64,000 nt of DNA from an uncultured Actinomycetota bacterium (GTDB lineage: Bacteria > Actinomycetota > Actinomycetes > JACCUZ01). The DNA is taken from assembly GCA_963726615.1 (NCBI GenBank), contig CAVSCX010000015.1:13822-77821 (forward strand). Reading direction: 5' to 3'. Both the position numbers and the translations under genes were made by a program. Every line of letters begins with the position of its first letter. The stretch's first letter is position 1. Shown piece by piece: positions 56,669-64,000 of this stretch. The notes beneath the pieces were generated by a model. That model was not told the origin of the DNA, did no database searches, and worked only from the letters and a program-made list of their open reading frames with translations.

Positions 56669-57194
56669 TCAGTGGACCGTCGTGTCCTGGTACGCCGGTG
56701 TGAGCTCGGTCCAGCGTTCGTGCCAGGCCGGGGCCGCGGCCTGTGCCGACCAGCCGTCGGCGTGTGCGGAGCCTTCACCGACGAGCGAACGTCCGAGGTC
56801 CTCCAGGTGAACCTGCCAGCCGGCTCCGTAGAAGTGGAGCTGGCCGACAGGCAGGCCGCGCTCCTCGACCACCAGCCTGGTCCGCGATCCCTCCGCGGTG
56901 AGCCACGCCTCGATCTGGGTCTCGTCGTCGCTTCCCGGTTCGGTCGTCATCAACAGATGGTGCGGGGCGTCGCACGCCTCGATCCTCGCCGGACCGGTCC
57001 ACGTGCTCGTGAAGACGGCATGGACCGTCCCACCCACGCGCAGGTCACCCGTGACCTCGGCGATCCAGCGCGCCAGTCGCTCTGGTGTCGTGCAGGCCTT
57101 CCACATGTCGTCGATGTCGGTGTCGTACACGTCCTCCACCCGCACCGCTCCGCGGGTGTCGTCGAGCGCCAGCATCGTGCCGATGATCTTCACT
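56669..57194 (-). CDS. SRPBCC-superfamily protein (Aha1/START-like)
   Basis: GTG start overlapping the arsR stop (GTGA). ...AVRVEDVYDTDIDDMWKACTTPERLARWIAEVTGDLRVGGTV... Confidence 0.7.
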
Positions 57195-57540
57195 TCTGTG
57201 CCTTCTTTCCTCGTGCGATCTCCGTGTGCAGGGCATCGAGCCGGTTCTGCCACAGTGCGCGGTAGTTCCCCAGCCACCCGTCCACCTCGACAAGCGCATC
57301 AGGGCGCAAGCTGTAGATCCTGCGCTGCGCCTCCTGGCGCACGTGGACGAGCCCGGCCTCCCGCAGGACCCGCAAGTGCCGAGACACGCCCGGGCGGGCG
57401 ATCGGCAGTGCGTCGGCCAGCTCGCCGGCGGTCGCGGGATGGTCCCGCAATATCTCCAGCACCGTGCGCCTGCTCTGGTCGGCCAATGCCTGCAACACCG
57501 CGTCCACGAGGTGAATGTACCCGAACGGGTACGTACCCAC
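57190..57540 (-). CDS. ArsR/SmtB-family transcriptional regulator
   Basis: ...LADQSRRTVLEILRDHPATAGELADALPIARPGVSRHLRVLREAGLV... winged HTH. Confidence 0.85.
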   Translation of the reverse strand: MGTYPFGYIHLVDAVLQALADQSRRTVLEILRDHPATAGELADALPIARPGVSRHLRVLREAGLVHVRQEAQRRIYSLRPDALVEVDGWLGNYRALWQNRLDALHTEIARGKKAQK

Positions 57541-57708
57541 AAGGGTACATTAGTACGTCAGTGCCGACGGCAGGAGGTGGGGAGGCGGAGCTCCGGCTCG
57601 CATCACCCCGTCACGGCTCGCCTGACGAGCCCGCTCATGCGGAGGGGGACGCACCTGCGGGGATCGGCACTCCTCGGCGCACGCCGCCCGCACCCTGGAC
57701 AGCCGCGG

Positions 57709-58062
57709 TCAGGCGGGCTGCCACAGCTCGACCCGGTTGCCCTCAGGGTCGGTGACCCAACCGAATCGACCGACACCCTCCATGTCCTGCGTCTCTGCAA
57801 CCACGTCCGATCCCTTGGAGCGCAGCTGGGCGAGCATGGCATCCAGGTCGCGGACCCGGAAGTTGAGCATGGTGGGCTGGGAGCGGGACCCGAAGTAGTC
57901 GGTGTCGGCCTCGAACGCCGCGAACACCGTCAGCCCGGCTCCCTGACGCCACAGGCCGTTCGCATCGGAGTCCAGGCCCAGGCAGTCGCGATACCAGGCG
58001 CTCAGGGCCTCCGGGTCCGCGGCCCGGATGAAGTATCCACCGATCCCCAGCACACGTTCCAT
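57709..58062 (-). CDS. VOC-family (glyoxalase/bleomycin-resistance fold) protein
   Basis: 117 aa. ...FRVRDLDAMLAQLRSKGSDVV...GWVTDPEGNRVELWQP. Confidence 0.8.
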   Translation of the reverse strand: MERVLGIGGYFIRAADPEALSAWYRDCLGLDSDANGLWRQGAGLTVFAAFEADTDYFGSRSQPTMLNFRVRDLDAMLAQLRSKGSDVVAETQDMEGVGRFGWVTDPEGNRVELWQPA

Positions 58063-58130
58063 GCCGCAAGATTGCCAGAACGGCGACCGGGCAGGCCCGG
58101 CACCACGTCGTCGCCCGCTTCGTGCGCCGC

Positions 58131-59363
58131 CTACGCCAGCTGGTCGCGACGGCGTGTCAGGTAAGCGGTTTCCGCGGTGTTGCCGGCCAGCTCGATGGCT
58201 CTGTCGTACGCCGCGCGTGACTCCTGACTGCAGCCGAGCCGGCGCAGCAGGTCGGCGCGGGTCGCATGGTAGGCGTGGTAGCCGGCCAAGGGGTCCTGGA
58301 GACGGTCGACAGCCGCCAGCGCCACCTCCGGGCCGTCGAGCTCGGCGACCGCGACGGCCCGGTTGAGGGCGATGACCGGCGAGGGGTCGAGGCGGACGAG
58401 CCGGTCGTAGAGCGCGACGACCTGCGACCAGTCGGTGTCGCGGACGTCACGGGCGGAGGTGTGCACGGCGTTGATCGCCGCGAGGATCTGGTAGGGCCCC
58501 GGCGCCGCCCCGGCGGCCAGGCGCTCACGCACCAGCCGATGGCCCTCGGCGACCATCGCCTGGTCCCAGGCCCCCCGGTCCTGCTCGTCGAGGGTGACCA
58601 GCTCGCCGGTCGGCGAGACCCGGGCCGTGCGGCGAGCCTCGGTGAGGAGCATCAGCGCCAGCAGCCCGGCCACCTCACCGTCCCGGGGCATGAGGGCGCG
58701 GAGCATGCGAGTGAGCCGGATCGCCTCGGTCGTCAGGTCGTGCCGTACCGGATCGGTGTCGGGGCCGGTCGCCAGGTATCCCTCGTTGAACACGAGGAAC
58801 AGGGCGGCGAGGACGCCGGAGACACGTGCCGGGAGATCCTCCGGGGCCGGCAGCCGCCACGGGATCCGAGCCGTCCTGATCTTGGCCTTCGCGCGGGTGA
58901 TCCGCTGACCGACGGTGGTCTCCTGCACCAGGAATGCGCGGGCGATCTCTGGCAGGGTCAGTCCGCCGACCATGCGTAGCGTGAGCGCCACGCGGGCCTC
59001 CATCGAGAGCGCCGGGTGGCAGCAGGTGAAGACGAGCCGGAGCCGCTCGTCGTCGATGGCGCCGACAGGCTCGGGCAGGTCGTCGTCGTACAACATCCGA
59101 GCCTCCCTCTGCTTGTCGTCGCGCTTGCTCTCGCGCCGGATCCTGTCGATGGCCTTGCGGTTGGCGGTGGTGGTCAGCCAGGCGCCGGGGTTGGGAGGTA
59201 CGCCGTCGGCCGGCCACCGCTCGACCGCGGTGGCGAACGCCTCGGCAGCCGCCTCCTCGGCGATGTCGAGGTCACCGAAACGCCTGGCCAGGGAGGCGAC
59301 CACCCGAGCCCACTCCTCGTGGTGGGCCTGGGTGATCGCCTCCCTGGCGTCGGTCACGCTCAC
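58131..59363 (-). CDS. ECF-type RNA polymerase sigma factor with extended C-terminal domain (YciI-associated ECF group)
   Basis: Sigma-2 region ...EDLVQETTVG... and sigma-4 ...LTLPEIARAFLVQETTVGQRITRAKAKIR... The C-terminal extension of about 200 aa is TPR-like. Start overlaps the yciI stop (ATGA). Confidence 0.8.
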   Translation of the reverse strand: MSVTDAREAITQAHHEEWARVVASLARRFGDLDIAEEAAAEAFATAVERWPADGVPPNPGAWLTTTANRKAIDRIRRESKRDDKQREARMLYDDDLPEPVGAIDDERLRLVFTCCHPALSMEARVALTLRMVGGLTLPEIARAFLVQETTVGQRITRAKAKIRTARIPWRLPAPEDLPARVSGVLAALFLVFNEGYLATGPDTDPVRHDLTTEAIRLTRMLRALMPRDGEVAGLLALMLLTEARRTARVSPTGELVTLDEQDRGAWDQAMVAEGHRLVRERLAAGAAPGPYQILAAINAVHTSARDVRDTDWSQVVALYDRLVRLDPSPVIALNRAVAVAELDGPEVALAAVDRLQDPLAGYHAYHATRADLLRRLGCSQESRAAYDRAIELAGNTAETAYLTRRRDQLA

Positions 59364-59689
59364 TCGCCGAGGAACGGCCGCACCTCGACCTTCCGGTTGC
59401 AGGACTTCGACCCGTCGGCGGCGAGCTCGAGCGCCGCGTCGAGGTCCGGGGCCTCGATGATCCAGAAACCGGCGAGGTACTCCTTCGACTCCAGGAAGGG
59501 GCCGTCGGTGAACACCAGCTCGTCACCACGGTTGTCGATGACGGTGGCCGGGTCGGGCGACCCGAGACCGCCCGCGAAGACCCAGTGACCGTCGGCCCGG
59601 AGCCGGTCGTTGAACGCGTCGACGTCGGCCTCCTCGGTCGGGGTGGCCAAGCCGGTGCCGTCGTCGATCACGGACAACAAGTACTGCAT
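59360..59689 (-). CDS. YciI-like (DGPF) domain protein
   Basis: MQYLLSVIDDG...VFAGGLGSPDPATV...GFWIIEAPDLDAALELA. Confidence 0.8.
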   Translation of the reverse strand: MQYLLSVIDDGTGLATPTEEADVDAFNDRLRADGHWVFAGGLGSPDPATVIDNRGDELVFTDGPFLESKEYLAGFWIIEAPDLDAALELAADGSKSCNRKVEVRPFLGE

Positions 59690-59912
59690 CGCGGATCATC
59701 TCCTGTGATGTGGGGCGCCCCTCGTGGGTGGGGGCTCACCACTGCTACGAAAACCTCCGCCCCGATCCGACAGCGCTCTCCGGCGATCTTGCCAGGACTT
59801 TCCGGTACGCCGGTCGAGCCGGGCCGGGGCCTCCCGAGGCACGCAGGCTCGGGCCGCCGCACGCCGCGTGGGCAGTCACAACGACGGGGGACACCCAGTT
59901 AGGGTTGGAGGG

Positions 59913-60239
59913 GTGAACATCGTCGGCAGCGTCCAGACCTTCGTCCTGCTCGTGCTGGGCGTCGGCTCGCTGCTGCTCACCGGCTTTGCCTTCGTCGACG
60001 TGCTGCGCCGGCCCAGCGGGCTGTTCCCGAATGCCGGCCGGCTGCCCAAGGGGGCCTGGGTGGGCATCCTGCTGGCCGCGTTCCTCATCGCGATCCTCTT
60101 CTTCGGCTCGCCGTCGACGGTCGGCATCCTCAACGTCGCCGGCGTCATCGCCGCCGGCGTCTACCTCGCCGACATGCGACCGAAGCTCAAGCAGCTCGGC
60201 GGCGGGCGCGGCGGGTCGTCCGGCCCGTACGGGTACTGA
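59913..60239 (+). CDS. DUF2516-family small membrane protein
   Basis: GTG start with GGAGG RBS. 2 TM helices. ...FAFVDVLRRPSGLFPNAGRLPKGAWVGILL... Confidence 0.6.
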   Translation: MNIVGSVQTFVLLVLGVGSLLLTGFAFVDVLRRPSGLFPNAGRLPKGAWVGILLAAFLIAILFFGSPSTVGILNVAGVIAAGVYLADMRPKLKQLGGGRGGSSGPYGY

Positions 60240-60272
60240 TGCCGGGCCGTCGCTGATGCCCGGCGGGCACTG

Positions 60273-61013
60273 ATGTCGGGCGACGTCCACGGCCGGACCG
60301 GCAGGCTCGAGCTCGCCGACCAGTCGCTGCGGGAGTGGGACGCCACCGTCCTGGACTCCTCGGCCGAGGGCGTGGTCCTCGACAGGTCCGCGTTCTACCC
60401 GGGTGGCGGCGGGCAGCCACCGGACCACGGCGTCCTGCTCTGGGGCGGCGTGCAGACCAGGATCGTGGGGGTCCGCAAGGGGGACGACCTCGTCCTGGTG
60501 CCGGCCGAGGGCGATCCGGTCCCGCCGGCCGGTACGACCGTGCGCGGCGCCGTCGAGGACTCCCGGCGGACCGCCCTGATGCGTACCCACTCAGGTCTGC
60601 ACCTGCTGTCCGGGGTCGTGCTCCGCGACTTCGGCGCCCTTGTCACCGGCGGCAACATGGAGCCGCTCGAGGCCCGGATGGACTTCAACCTCCCGGAGGT
60701 GCCGGAGGCCTTCAAGGAGCGGGTCGCCGAGGCCTGCGCGGCCGAGGTGGCGGCCGACCGGGCGATCGAGGTGAGCAACCTGCCGAGGGAGGCAGCCTTC
60801 GCCACCCACCCCGACCTGATCCGCACCGCCACCAACCTGCTGCCGCCCGAGCTCGAGGTGGTCCGCATCGTCGACATCGTCGGGCTGGACACCCAGGCAG
60901 ACGGCGGCACCCACGTGACCTCGACCGCGCAGATCGGCCGGATCGAGGTCGTCAAGGTCGAGAGCAAGGGCAAGGGCTTCCGGAGGCTACGCGTCCGCCT
61001 GGTCGACGCCTGA
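60273..61013 (+). CDS. AlaX-M-like alanyl-tRNA editing (Ser-tRNA(Ala) deacylase) domain protein
   Basis: ...MRTHSGLHLLSG (HxxxH)...ADGGTHVTSTAQIG (zinc-site region), N-terminal beta-barrel. Confidence 0.7.
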   Translation: MSGDVHGRTGRLELADQSLREWDATVLDSSAEGVVLDRSAFYPGGGGQPPDHGVLLWGGVQTRIVGVRKGDDLVLVPAEGDPVPPAGTTVRGAVEDSRRTALMRTHSGLHLLSGVVLRDFGALVTGGNMEPLEARMDFNLPEVPEAFKERVAEACAAEVAADRAIEVSNLPREAAFATHPDLIRTATNLLPPELEVVRIVDIVGLDTQADGGTHVTSTAQIGRIEVVKVESKGKGFRRLRVRLVDA

Positions 61014-61580
61014 GCCGGTCAGGTCGCTGCGGTGACTCAGCCACACCAGCAGCGGCTTGCCGTAGAACTCCGTGGAGAGTCCGCGCAGCTCGAGGTCGAG
61101 CCGTCGGCACACGGCCTGTGAGGCGACGTTGGCGCCGTCGGTGAGGGCGAGCACCACCGCGATGCCGGCACCGTGGGCGCGGCCGAGCGCGCCGCGGGCC
61201 GCCTCGGTCGCGTAACCGTGGCCCTGAGCGTCCGGGTGCAGGTGCCAGGCCACCTCGACCGGCGCGTCCGGCGCGGTCGAGCCGTCGACAGTCACCAGGG
61301 CGACGGTCCCGGCGACCAGCCCGCTCTCGCGCACCTCGACCGCCCACCACCCGGTGGGCCGCCCGCCCGCCCGCTCCTCGTCGTTGCGCAGCCGACCGCG
61401 GTCGATCCGCGCCTCGGCCGCCGAGACGGATGCCATCGGGGACGGCGCCGGCCCGAGGAACCGGACCACGTCGGGACGGGAGTACATGTCGTACATCCGT
61501 GCGGCGTCCGCCCGCGCCCAGTCCCGCACCACGAGTCGTTCCGTCTCGAACGCGACACGGGGCTGCGGCTGGCTGGTCAC
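60987..61580 (-). CDS. GNAT-family N-acetyltransferase
   Basis: GTG at 61580. ...FETERLVVRDWARADAARMYDMYSRPDVVRFLG...WHLHPDAQGHGYATEAARGAL. Confidence 0.65.
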   Translation of the reverse strand: MTSQPQPRVAFETERLVVRDWARADAARMYDMYSRPDVVRFLGPAPSPMASVSAAEARIDRGRLRNDEERAGGRPTGWWAVEVRESGLVAGTVALVTVDGSTAPDAPVEVAWHLHPDAQGHGYATEAARGALGRAHGAGIAVVLALTDGANVASQAVCRRLDLELRGLSTEFYGKPLLVWLSHRSDLTGSGVDQADA

Positions 61581-61636
61581 CTGGACATCGTGGCAGTGCA
61601 GGGCGACCGCACCGACCGCGTCGAGGTCGACGAGGT

Positions 61637-62425
61637 CTACGTGATCGCCGGGGGGTGCCGGTCGACCCGGTGGACCTTGTGCTGGGCCGCCTGCGCCAGG
61701 GGCTTGACCACGAGCAGGTCGATGTCGACGTGCGGCGGCCTGGTCACGCACCAGGCGACGCAGTCGGCCACGTCCTCGGCGGTGAGCGGCTCGGCGACGC
61801 CGGCGTACACCTTCGCCGCGCGCCCCTCGTCGCCGCGGAAACGCTTCACCGCGAACTCGTCGGTGCGGACCATGCCGGGCGCGATCTCGGTGACCCGGAC
61901 CGGCTGCCCGTTGAGCTCCAGCCGGAGGGTCTCGGCCAGCGCCGCCGCCCCGTGCTTGGCCGCCGTGTAGCCGCCGCCGCCCTCGTAGACGATCCGTCCG
62001 GCGGTGGAGCCCATGACCACGACGTGCCCCCGACCGCTGGCCACCAGCGCCGGCAGCAGCGCCTGGGTCACCCGCAGCGCGCCGATGACGTTGACCTCGT
62101 ACATCGCCCGCCAGTCCTCCGGGTCCGCGTCGGCGATCGGGTCCATCCCGACAGCGCCACCGGCGTTGTTCACCAGCACCGTCGCTGCCGGGACGGCGGC
62201 GGCCAGGGCGGCGACCGACCCGGCCGAGGTGACGTCGAGCGGGTGCGGGCGCAGCGCGTCGCCCAGCTCGGCGTGCAGCTCCGCGAGCCGGTCCTCACGC
62301 CTGGCGGCGGCGACCACCTGGTACCCCTCCTGGACCAGGCGTCGGGCGGTGGCCGCCCCGATCCCGCTGCTCGCCCCGGTGACGACCGCCGTGCCCCTGC
62401 TCGCGCCGCTGACCATGGGCGACAT
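61637..62425 (-). CDS. short-chain dehydrogenase/reductase (SDR)
   Basis: [19 protein letters not shown] (TGxxxGxG)...NNAG...YTAAKHG (YxxxK). Confidence 0.8.
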   Translation of the reverse strand: MSPMVSGASRGTAVVTGASSGIGAATARRLVQEGYQVVAAARREDRLAELHAELGDALRPHPLDVTSAGSVAALAAAVPAATVLVNNAGGAVGMDPIADADPEDWRAMYEVNVIGALRVTQALLPALVASGRGHVVVMGSTAGRIVYEGGGGYTAAKHGAAALAETLRLELNGQPVRVTEIAPGMVRTDEFAVKRFRGDEGRAAKVYAGVAEPLTAEDVADCVAWCVTRPPHVDIDLLVVKPLAQAAQHKVHRVDRHPPAIT

Positions 62426-62564
62426 CCTCACCCCATCCGCCGCGGCGGCGACGCCCGGGGCCACGGGTTGGGCGGACGGGGAATCGGGCAGGATGCGCCG
62501 GGGTTGTCCCTTGGTTGGAAGCGGGTGTGTGCCCGACGGCGAGCGCGGAGGTCATGGCGTGGGC

Positions 62565-63860
62565 ATGGCGAGGATGCCGGTCCGGGGACGACTGCCCCGG
62601 CGGGTGGCCATGGTGTCGGTGCACACGTCGCCGCTGGACCAGCCCGGCACCGGCGACGCCGGCGGCATGAACGTCTACGTGGTGGAGCTGTCCCGGCGGC
62701 TGGCTGCCCTCGGCGTCGAGGTGGACGTCATCACCCGCGCCACCAGCTCCGACCTGCCCCCGGTCGTCGAGCTCCAGCCCGGTGTCGAGGTGCGGCACGT
62801 CACGGCCGGCCCGTTCGAGGGGCTGGCCAAGGAGGACCTGCCGGCGCAGCTGTGCGCCTTCACCTCCGGGCTGATGCGCATCGAGGCGTCCCGGCCGCCG
62901 GGGTGGTACGACCTGGTGCACTCCCACTACTGGCTGTCCGGGCAGGTTGCGTGGCTGGCCGCCGAGCGTTGGGACGTGCCGCTGGTCCACACGATGCACA
63001 CCATGGCCAAGGTGAAGAACCTGACGTTGGCCGACGACGACGCGCCGGAGCCGGTGGCGCGCGCCATCGGGGAGGCGCAGGTGGTCGCGGCCGCCGACCG
63101 GCTGGTCGCCAACACCGACGACGAGGGCCACCAGCTCGTCGACCTCTACGACGCCGACCCCGACCAGGTGGCCGTGGTGCCTCCCGGCGTCGACCTCGAC
63201 CTGTTCTCCCCCGGGTCCCGGCTCGGGGCGCGCCGCGCCCTCGGGCTGCCCGGCGACGCCTTCGTCCTGCTGTTCGTCGGCCGGATCCAGCCCCTCAAGG
63301 CCCCCGACGTGCTGCTCCGGGCCGCTGCCGAGCTCGTGCAGCGCGACCCGTCGCTGCGGGACCGGCTCGTCGTGGCCGTCGTCGGCGGCCCCTCGGGCAG
63401 CGGGCTGGCCAGGCCTGAGTCGCTGCAGCGGCTGGCGTCCGACCTCGGCCTGCTCGACTGCGTGCGCATCGTCCCGCCGGTGCCGCAGGTCGGCCTGCCG
63501 GACTGGTACCGCGCCGCCGATCTCACCGTCGTGCCGTCCTACAGCGAGTCGTTCGGCCTGGTGGCGGTCGAGTCCCAGGCCTGTGGCACCCCGGTCGTGG
63601 CCGCCGCCGTCGGCGGGCTGCGCACCGCGGTCGCCGACGGCGTCTCGGGCGTCCTCGTCGACGGGCACGACCCACGGGCCTACGCCGACGTGCTCGGCGA
63701 CCTGGCGGACGATCCGGAGCGGCGCGCCGCCCTCGCCCGCGGCGCCCTGCTGCACGCGGGCCGGTTCGGCTGGCCGGCCACCGCCGCCGGGATGATCGAG
63801 GTCTACTCCGAGTCGCTGCTCGAGCACGAGAGCCGGACCGCGCTCGCCGTCGGCCGGTGA
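62565..63860 (+). CDS. mshA: D-inositol-3-phosphate glycosyltransferase MshA (GT4, mycothiol biosynthesis)
   Basis: ...[30 protein letters not shown]...SHYWLSG...[31 protein letters not shown]4 motifs. Divergent SDR upstream as in the Rv0484c-Rv0486 arrangement. Start alternatives ATG 62565 or GTG 62602. Confidence 0.85.
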   Translation: MARMPVRGRLPRRVAMVSVHTSPLDQPGTGDAGGMNVYVVELSRRLAALGVEVDVITRATSSDLPPVVELQPGVEVRHVTAGPFEGLAKEDLPAQLCAFTSGLMRIEASRPPGWYDLVHSHYWLSGQVAWLAAERWDVPLVHTMHTMAKVKNLTLADDDAPEPVARAIGEAQVVAAADRLVANTDDEGHQLVDLYDADPDQVAVVPPGVDLDLFSPGSRLGARRALGLPGDAFVLLFVGRIQPLKAPDVLLRAAAELVQRDPSLRDRLVVAVVGGPSGSGLARPESLQRLASDLGLLDCVRIVPPVPQVGLPDWYRAADLTVVPSYSESFGLVAVESQACGTPVVAAAVGGLRTAVADGVSGVLVDGHDPRAYADVLGDLADDPERRAALARGALLHAGRFGWPATAAGMIEVYSESLLEHESRTALAVGR

Positions 63861-64000
63861 CGCCGGAGCAGGAGTCAGCGGCAGCCGTGCTGCGCGAGGC
63901 GGTCGGCGACCTCGAGCACGAGGTGCCGGCACCGGACACCTTCGTCGTGCAGCTGCCCGGTGAGAAGAAGCTCAAGACCACCGTGAGCCTTGTCGTCGGC
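63857..64000 (+). CDS. YbjN-domain (Rv0487-like) protein, N-terminal fragment (runs off window)
   Basis: GTGA overlap with the mshA stop. [48 protein letters not shown]. No stop within window. Confidence 0.5.
   Translation, partial: MTPEQESAAAVLREAVGDLEHEVPAPDTFVVQLPGEKKLKTTVSLVVG

Noticed and set aside
1-64000. Search for CRISPR arrays, transposases, integrases, phage or toxin-antitoxin modules
   Set aside because: No spacer-repeat periodicity of 28-37 bp, no DDE/tyrosine-recombinase-like translations in any frame, no small paired TA-like ORFs. The only repeats are the in-gene 45/57-bp arrays.

Overview
This 64-kb window is about 72% GC and looks like actinobacterial chromosome. Two mycothiol genes (mshD and mshA), a GlnR-like regulator and a thiX/cysA2/sseC2-like gene run are arranged as they are around M. 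tuberculosis Rv0813c-Rv0819 and Rv0484c-Rv0487. Gene calls and product assignments are pattern recognition on the supplied six-frame translations, with no database searches run. Many long ORFs in the track are antisense or GC-frame artefacts and were discarded. The contents are ordinary metabolism and housekeeping plus a block of phosphate-acquisition genes (pstSCAB, DUF47/PhoU-like with pitA, a secreted 5'-nucleotidase) with a candidate PHO box upstream of pstS. I found no CRISPR array, transposase or integrase.

Five regions stand out:
1. A tightly coupled seven-gene plus-strand operon (6266-18347) looks like a lipid-linked periplasmic glycosylation or envelope-remodelling system that has not been described. 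It starts with a LuxR-type response regulator and sits next to a histidine kinase/response regulator pair. The first structural gene fuses a GT2 polyprenyl-phosphate sugar synthase, a GtrA-like flippase domain and an HPr-kinase-like P-loop domain. It is followed by a secreted FN3 metallophosphoesterase, a GT39/PMT_2 transferase, a phospholipase-C-type phosphoesterase, a secreted protein and a GH99-like hydrolase.
2. An RsiG-like anti-sigma factor carries both exact E(X)3S(X)2R(X)3Q(X)3D c-di-GMP-binding motifs. It is co-transcribed with a 3-keto-5-aminohexanoate-cleavage-family gene (49349-50769). A PAS-GGDEF-EAL gene lies at the start of the window.
3. A protein of about 960 aa (46228-49112, minus strand) has an N-terminal DUF4388 domain. 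It contains ten 57-bp tandem repeats (each encoding 19 aa) and four perfect 45-bp repeats. A 1-nt indel inside a repeat breaks the reading frame.
4. Two other genes also look interrupted: the FN3 metallophosphoesterase by a 1-nt frameshift, and an Rv0817c-like membrane protein by an in-frame stop and apparent frame changes. Three such lesions in one window may be assembly indels rather than biology.
5. A tRNA-like gene reads as anticodon UUU but has an atypical 15-nt variable arm.

Smaller observations include tandem PPK2 paralogues, paralogous Cys4 zinc-ribbon mini-proteins, a leaderless XRE/HbhA-like operon, and several intergenic palindromes.
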